DNA from: a virus
Taxonomy: Duplodnaviria; Caudoviricetes
Length of the DNA: 38,199 nucleotides
Virus record (IMG/VR): IMGVR_UViG_3300030037_000002
Span: 1-38,199 of that record
Reading direction: 5' to 3' (one strand)
The notes under the pieces were generated by a model, which saw only the letters and a list, made by a program, of their open reading frames with translations, searched no databases and was not told where the DNA came from. Of this stretch, positions 32,653-38,199 are shown one piece after another. Each line of letters starts with the position of its first letter. Position 1 is the first letter of the stretch. The position numbers and the translations under genes were made by a program.

Positions 32653-34982
32653 TAATGTGATCCCGCCCCGTTTATGTATCTCGCTGCGTCATGCCCGAAT
32701 AAGTTTATAGTTGCGCCATTGTCAACAATACCGCTGCCCATTATACCACCTATAGCGTCATTATTGGCACCAGCTAAACCCCACCCTGAGCCTGTGCCGT
32801 TTATTTGTCCGTTGATGCCGTCATCGCCAGTAGTTGTTGAGCCTCCGCCAGCGTTACCTTTAGGGCCAAAATCACCAGGTGTACGACCATCACCACCGCG
32901 ACCACCGTCACCCGATACTGCATTAGTGCCACTGCTAGTATGTAAAAACCCACCATCACCACCAGAAGGTGCGCGAATATAACCATCTGCTACTGGGTAT
33001 GCTGCGCTAACTGCTGATGTGTCACCGCTGAAATATATGTTTACAGTAATGCCAGCAGAGCCTTGAAACACAGTACCAGCATTTCCGCCATTTACAGGTG
33101 GATCAACTATTAATACACCTTCATAAAATACTGACTCACCGCGACCACCAGCACCACCGCTAGCTTGACCGTCAAAGCCGTTTATCATGATTATATTTAA
33201 CACTGAACCAGCAGCAAACGCTCCTGTCATGATAGCAATATCACCAGCAGAATAAGTACCATCAAATACAAATGTTAAAGTAATTGCAGCAGAAGGACCG
33301 CCAGCCATTGTATGTAAGTTAATACCGTTCATAGGCGAGTTAATCAATATCTCGCTACCTGAATCGAATGCGGCTTGATAGGATAATGCCTTTACATCAT
33401 AAACGCGCCCTGCTGGTGTGTATTTGGTGTTGATGCGAAGTATTTGCGATCTTATAGTTGCAGGTAAGCCGAATATTGTCTTGTCCGATTCCGTTTGCAT
33501 ATCAACAACATCGCCAACTTTAAAGCGTAAATTCTTTTCATCTACCTTGAGTGTTCGCTCGAACGGCATTCGCTTGTTTCTGCCTACATATCTCTGAGTT
33601 AACAGTTGTGCTGAATTATCAGTTAGCAAGAAGTTATCATCGAATTGCTTGTCTTTATGCTCAGAATGTAGCGCCTCACTAATGAGCGTATCATCCTTAA
33701 ATATAGATGCTTTTTTATATACGCCTATGCCGTCTGATTCAGTTAAATTCTTTTTGCCATACAAAACCATTGCGCGTGTGGCTCTTAATGATTCCTTAGC
33801 AGTCTTTTTAACTGAGTGTGCGATAATCTCTACACCCTCGGTTAATAGCAGCGTACTTTCTTTGTGTACTGATATTGCAGATAAGCGCGCTTTGTTTTCG
33901 GTAGTAGAAAACCACAGGTCCATGTAAAAACCGTTTAGCACTCTGTTAATAGAGTCTCGTGCATCTTCGCTTTCAGTGTGCAAAGTGTTTATTAAATCTG
34001 AAGCATGCCATTCTGCGACCTCTGCCGACCATTCTGCCGATGGTATCAGCGCTGCATCAAAATCACAGTCTGTTAATATTTTAGTTAGTAGCCCGTCGAT
34101 AGTTTCGTTATCTGACATGTGACAAATAAAGACTTCGTCTCCAGCGTCGTGATCGTCAGCTACGGTTGTGCTAAGTCTGACAGTTGAGTTTGGGCCAACA
34201 ATAGATGAACCGCGGGCATTAACATTTAATACTGCTGTAGATGTTTGGTTATTAGTAACCGAATTAACTCTTAGCAACTCGTCACCAATACGCACAACTT
34301 GCACTGATGAATAATCAACAGTGTCGTCAACAGGTATTGCAACAACTGTATCGTCAACATCCAATCGTAAATGACCGCCTTGACTAATAGGCCATGTTTT
34401 TTCGTCAATGTTAACTAATGATAAAACGTCTTTGCAAGCTAATGACCAGCCGTTACTTGTGCGAGTAAATGAACTAGCAAGAAAGTGTTCAGTCTGTGCG
34501 CCATTAGCTAAATCAACAGAGCCGTCAGCTTCAACACGATAACCTTTAAGCCTAGCGCGTTTGTTTTCCATGATGTTCCGTTCAGACATCTTTTGGAGGT
34601 ATTCACCCTGCTTTTTTACGATATCCGTAACACCTGGTGCGTAGCTATTCGGGTCTTGGTTTTTAATCTCAATAAACGTAATATTTAATGACGCTCTTTT
34701 TGCTAAACCATCACCGGGCGTTAACTCTGTGCCTGAATTCGTTATCTTAGTGATACATTTATATATTGGCTCGCCATTAATTGACGGTAATAATGGAGCG
34801 TTAACATTAGTAAAATAGTAAGTTTTATATTCACCTGTCCATGCCTGATCACAAGTCAAAGGTGTACCAGTACCAGCCAAGCCGCCAATAGTGCAGGCGC
34901 CCGTTATGACAGGTAAGTCGATTTCCAATACTTCAAAGTGTGTTTGATTACGCTGATTTTGTGTAGCTAAAAAAGTGCTCAT
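32652..34982 (-). CDS. Baseplate hub / central tail-tip protein
   Basis: VRIGDELL, ARG...HDAGDEV and KVGDVV motifs; Gly-rich C-terminus; follows the distal tail gene. Confidence 0.75.
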   Translation of the reverse strand: MSTFLATQNQRNQTHFEVLEIDLPVITGACTIGGLAGTGTPLTCDQAWTGEYKTYYFTNVNAPLLPSINGEPIYKCITKITNSGTELTPGDGLAKRASLNITFIEIKNQDPNSYAPGVTDIVKKQGEYLQKMSERNIMENKRARLKGYRVEADGSVDLANGAQTEHFLASSFTRTSNGWSLACKDVLSLVNIDEKTWPISQGGHLRLDVDDTVVAIPVDDTVDYSSVQVVRIGDELLRVNSVTNNQTSTAVLNVNARGSSIVGPNSTVRLSTTVADDHDAGDEVFICHMSDNETIDGLLTKILTDCDFDAALIPSAEWSAEVAEWHASDLINTLHTESEDARDSINRVLNGFYMDLWFSTTENKARLSAISVHKESTLLLTEGVEIIAHSVKKTAKESLRATRAMVLYGKKNLTESDGIGVYKKASIFKDDTLISEALHSEHKDKQFDDNFLLTDNSAQLLTQRYVGRNKRMPFERTLKVDEKNLRFKVGDVVDMQTESDKTIFGLPATIRSQILRINTKYTPAGRVYDVKALSYQAAFDSGSEILINSPMNGINLHTMAGGPSAAITLTFVFDGTYSAGDIAIMTGAFAAGSVLNIIMINGFDGQASGGAGGRGESVFYEGVLIVDPPVNGGNAGTVFQGSAGITVNIYFSGDTSAVSAAYPVADGYIRAPSGGDGGFLHTSSGTNAVSGDGGRGGDGRTPGDFGPKGNAGGGSTTTGDDGINGQINGTGSGWGLAGANNDAIGGIMGSGIVDNGATINLFGHDAARYINGAGSH

Positions 34983-35729
34983 TTATAGCCCGTTGAAACA
35001 TGTGTATTTTAATTGTAGAACACCAAGCAAAGGCGCAGACGGATGAGCTTTAATCGTTGACGTTGGGTCATAGCAAATATAACTAGATTCAGGCGTCAGT
35101 TGATCTTCTTTAATAAAGAAAGGTTGCTGCTCGCTGAAATCAATAAACTCCTGCCATTCATCCCTAACGAATTCCAACTCTTCATTAGGCAAGCTGAGCA
35201 TACCCTTTAAGGCTTTAGATTTTGTTATCGTTGATACTGGGGCAACTACCATATTAGTAGTCGTCTTTTGAGTTGTATGGCGGTTTAACCATTGACGGTT
35301 ATATCCAGCCTGCTCACCTTTAGCGATAATAATATGCTGACCGGCTGCAATAAATGAAACCGTCATTTGATACGTATTAGGGGAAGTCAAGAATCTAACC
35401 TCTAAGGCAGTAAAGCTACGTGAAGTAAATGTAAACATTACGTTATTATTACGCTTCAAAGTAACACTATCTATTAATGTATTATTATCATAAAGCTCGA
35501 TAACTGCGTTGGCTGGTCGTGCTGCTGTGTGACCAGATATAGCTACGTAACTGATATTGGTTTGTGAGCCATAGCTAACCGTGAAAGCTTCAGCAGCAGT
35601 GCCGCAAGTGTAGTTTAATGAGTGATCAGGGTCGCTAATGTTAGACGCTATCTCGCCAACTCCTGCACTCGTAATGGTAGGTGTTTGGTCTACCAGTACA
35701 TTTGATTTAGATAGTGAGAATCCAGCCAA
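34983..35729 (-). CDS. Distal tail protein-like (TTG 35729 with GGGAG RBS; alternative ATG 35765)
   Basis: Position after the tape measure gene; YVAISGH and PFFI motifs. Confidence 0.65.
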   Translation of the reverse strand: MAGFSLSKSNVLVDQTPTITSAGVGEIASNISDPDHSLNYTCGTAAEAFTVSYGSQTNISYVAISGHTAARPANAVIELYDNNTLIDSVTLKRNNNVMFTFTSRSFTALEVRFLTSPNTYQMTVSFIAAGQHIIIAKGEQAGYNRQWLNRHTTQKTTTNMVVAPVSTITKSKALKGMLSLPNEELEFVRDEWQEFIDFSEQQPFFIKEDQLTPESSYICYDPTSTIKAHPSAPLLGVLQLKYTCFNGL

Positions 35730-35769
35730 GAATTTAACTCCCGTGATGTTTGGTAAAAAGAGCATTTAA

Positions 35770-37428
35770 CTAGCTCCTCATTTGTATGACGTTCAACGCC
35801 TCTGCTATTTGCTCGATTATATCATCTGAGGTGTTAGTTCCCAACCGTACATCAGAGGTTGTCGATCCTGTTGATGTTGACTCGGTAACTTCTAAGCCAG
35901 CAGTTTCAGGCTCAAAGTTTTGTTGTGCTGGTGCTGATACTGCCCCTGCTCCTGATGATATTGATCCGCCACCCTTTGATGCGCCTGATAAATTAGCAAG
36001 CTGAGCAACACCTGAAGCTATAACCAAGCCACTCGTAACAAGTGCGGCAGGATAAGGCAAGTCAGAAAATTGTCGTGTTACCGCTGCTGCAGTGTTAGCT
36101 ACTATCATACCAGCCTGTATCGCTTTGTTATCTTCAAAGGCTGAGTTAGCTATCGACAATGCAGAAGATGCAGCGCCCGCCATTGATGATACCTTATCAA
36201 GTTCAGACTTTTTGAGGTCTTTTGCTTCGCCTGTTTTACTTGCTGAATACTGCTTTGATAGGTCGAGTTGTTTCTTGGCAAAATCTTCCTCGCTGAGTAG
36301 TTTGCTATCTAGCATAGCCTTATGGACAGCCAACTCTTTAAAATACAACTCTTCAGTGGTTTCCTGCCCTGTGAATTTGATTTCCTTTATTAACTCTTGG
36401 AATGTTGCTTCATCACGCAAGCGCTGTTCGTGTAATAGTTGCGCATTTACTAGTGCAGGATCACCTTCTGTTTGCATACTAGCTATGTCAAACATTTCCT
36501 TATTCGCTTGAACTTCTGCCCTTTTTGCCTCAGCTAATTCAAACGATAATCTTATAGCGTCCCTCTGTGTGTCGTTAGCGCCAACTAATTCAGCCTTGTA
36601 TAGCTGAACTTGTAACGCTGACATTCCGTAAGTATTAGCCAGTAATACATTGGTTGTGACTAACTCGTCAACAACATCAGCTTGGTTTAGTAGCTCAGCA
36701 TTTTGCGCTTCTATACCTGCCATCACAGCAGATAAAACACTACCATCTGGCGATAGGTCTTTGTAAGCTGTTTTAAGGTCTGATAGCGCCAACTTTAAAG
36801 CCTGAATAGTCCCTGTATACTTTGATGTTTGCGCTGATATTTCTTCAGTTGATGAAAATAGGTTCAAGCTTGTTCTATAGTCAATCAATGCTGCTTCAGT
36901 ATCTTTTAGCGCTTTTTCTTGTGCGATTATTTCGGCAGCAATAACACCTAGTGCTAGGCTTTTTGCAGCCTCATCAAGTTCATTAAATCTTTTTACCAGC
37001 TGAGGTACTGTTTCTGCTGTTTCTTTTAGCTCAACATTAACACCACTAAAGGCGAACGCCATGCCTACAATCGAAGCAGTTATACCAACAACAGCACCCA
37101 ATAACGGAGCACCTAATACAAAACCTAAATCCGCACCCTGTTGAGACAATGCAACCATTGCTGATTGACCGCCTTGTATTTGACCAACGAATTGCTGTAC
37201 CTGTATACCAGCCATGCCAGCAGACCGACCAACACCAGACAACGCAGTATTAACACCCTTTGCCGACTTAGATAGCTTTGTTCCACTATCATTCATAGCC
37301 TTCATAGAAGTATCAACGCGATTAACGCTATCACCTACATCATCGAGATTGTTTTTGGTGGCTTTTAGTTTGGCGTCAAGCTTATCTGTCCTTCCGTCAA
37401 CCTCAACTATTAATGATTCAGTAGTGAT
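35770..37428 (-). CDS. Tail tape measure protein, 552 aa, with an inferred ATC start
   Basis: AGIQVQQFVGQIQGGQSAMVALSQQGADL TMP motif; frame open 41 codons above the first ATG, reading (I/M)TTESLIVEVDGRT; GGGGGTGAT RBS. Confidence 0.88.
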   Translation of the reverse strand: MTTESLIVEVDGRTDKLDAKLKATKNNLDDVGDSVNRVDTSMKAMNDSGTKLSKSAKGVNTALSGVGRSAGMAGIQVQQFVGQIQGGQSAMVALSQQGADLGFVLGAPLLGAVVGITASIVGMAFAFSGVNVELKETAETVPQLVKRFNELDEAAKSLALGVIAAEIIAQEKALKDTEAALIDYRTSLNLFSSTEEISAQTSKYTGTIQALKLALSDLKTAYKDLSPDGSVLSAVMAGIEAQNAELLNQADVVDELVTTNVLLANTYGMSALQVQLYKAELVGANDTQRDAIRLSFELAEAKRAEVQANKEMFDIASMQTEGDPALVNAQLLHEQRLRDEATFQELIKEIKFTGQETTEELYFKELAVHKAMLDSKLLSEEDFAKKQLDLSKQYSASKTGEAKDLKKSELDKVSSMAGAASSALSIANSAFEDNKAIQAGMIVANTAAAVTRQFSDLPYPAALVTSGLVIASGVAQLANLSGASKGGGSISSGAGAVSAPAQQNFEPETAGLEVTESTSTGSTTSDVRLGTNTSDDIIEQIAEALNVIQMRS

Positions 37429-37655
37429 ACATCACCCCCGTTTTCTTTACGCTGAAATGATAATAAAAAGAATAAGTCAGGCTCATTTGTTTGCTCACTA
37501 TCCATTAGGTGTGATATTTCGGAGTAGTCCATATTCCAAGCTTCAGAGGGTGCTATCTTCAAATGATTTACGCATAATTTGAAGTACCCCCAAAAGTCAA
37601 AATCAAACCTTTCTGTTTTCTGTTTGATTACTCGGATGTAACTGGCTTTTTTTTT
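37410..37655 (-). CDS. Tail assembly chaperone GT extension (-1 frame)
   Basis: After A AAA AAG the -1 frame reads ASYIRVIKQKTERFDFDFWGYFKLCVNHLKIAPSEAWNMDYSEI...SLLNH; PSEAWxM is gpT-like. Confidence 0.8.
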   Translation of the reverse strand, partial: KKKASYIRVIKQKTERFDFDFWGYFKLCVNHLKIAPSEAWNMDYSEISHLMDSEQTNEPDLFFLLSFQRKENGGDVSLLNH

Positions 37656-38032
37656 ACCAAGCCCTCTTGAAAGTCATCTTCAATGTCTTGCGCTAACTTG
37701 ACTAAAACCATAGGCCAAGGCAGGCAGAAGTCATCATCTACAGTGTTGGGTGATACCCCCACACGAAACATGGCATCCTCAATTTCGCATAATGGAATAT
37801 TGGCGCCACTACCTTTTATTAGGTGAAAAAACAAGTATGCAGCAGTTTCAAAATCACACACTGAGTAAATAGAGTTAATCCTGCCCCTTGTGCCTTGACC
37901 TTTGCTTTCTGACCAGCACTCAAGAACACTAGAAAGGACGAATAGCAAATCCTCTTTAGTGTCTTTCTTGAACCCTTTCATAGCACCAAGATTGGCTTTA
38001 AAGCTATAGTCGATATAGCATAATTTAATCAT
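37628..38032 (-). CDS. Tail assembly chaperone (gpG-like)
   Basis: Between the tail tube and tape measure genes; ends with a slippery run encoding KKK. Confidence 0.8.
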   Translation of the reverse strand: MIKLCYIDYSFKANLGAMKGFKKDTKEDLLFVLSSVLECWSESKGQGTRGRINSIYSVCDFETAAYLFFHLIKGSGANIPLCEIEDAMFRVGVSPNTVDDDFCLPWPMVLVKLAQDIEDDFQEGLVKKKPVTSE

Positions 38033-38199
38033 TACGATGCTGCTACTTCGGTAACTGGCCCGCTTGACTTAATGGTCAAGCTTACTTGTGTAACTGCGTT
38101 AACTGGTGCGGCATCACTACGACCATCAAACACCCATGTATCGCACTGCCAACTTTCAGCACCAACACCAGACAGTATTTTACCTGCTAATTGCGCTCC
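38032..38199 (-). CDS. Major tail protein, 3' part
   Basis: Continuation across the circular junction; TAA at 38034-38032 overlaps the chaperone ATG. Confidence 0.85.
   Translation of the reverse strand, partial: GAQLAGKILSGVGAESWQCDTWVFDGRSDAAPVNAVTQVSLTIKSSGPVTEVAAS

Noticed and set aside
638-37582. Many short plus-strand or alternate-frame ORFs in the track (e.g. 638-838, 2312-2665, 8203-8598, 31115-31462, 36092-36511, 37214-37582)
   Set aside because: They are shadows of well-supported genes and lack RBS or motifs
38073-38199. 127-bp terminal direct repeat as a biological genome end
   Set aside because: Length equals a common assembler k-mer and it falls in the middle of the tail tube gene; it indicates circular assembly, not a packaging terminus

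Overview
This is the complete, circularly assembled genome of a tailed dsDNA phage (38,072 bp unique). Positions 1-127 repeat exactly at 38073-38199, and the tail tube gene reads across that junction. The morphogenesis module is siphovirus-type and on the minus strand: terS, terL, DUF4055-type portal, Mu gpF-like protein, scaffold, HNH endonuclease, major capsid, accessory fibres, connectors, tail tube, G/GT chaperone, tape measure, distal tail/hub, tailspike. There is also a peptidase M15 lysis module, an O-like initiator with iterons plus DnaB, ERF and SSB, and YopX/DUF1367/NinG genes. I see no integrase, CI-type repressor, tRNA, CRISPR array or reverse transcriptase. A marine gammaproteobacterial host is plausible but is inference only. 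The most unusual signals are at the level of translation. (1) The major capsid and tape measure genes appear to start at ATC. (2) The terS, scaffold and capsid leaders share a two-hairpin triloop motif. (3) Six or seven small genes are joined by a repeated 27-bp stop/RBS/start module, and the array ends in a candidate ~75-nt RNA complementary to that module and to the 5' ends of early transcripts. (4) A 13-nt match to the 16S anti-SD sits just before a terminator. All protein assignments come from motifs and synteny read by eye; no searches were run.
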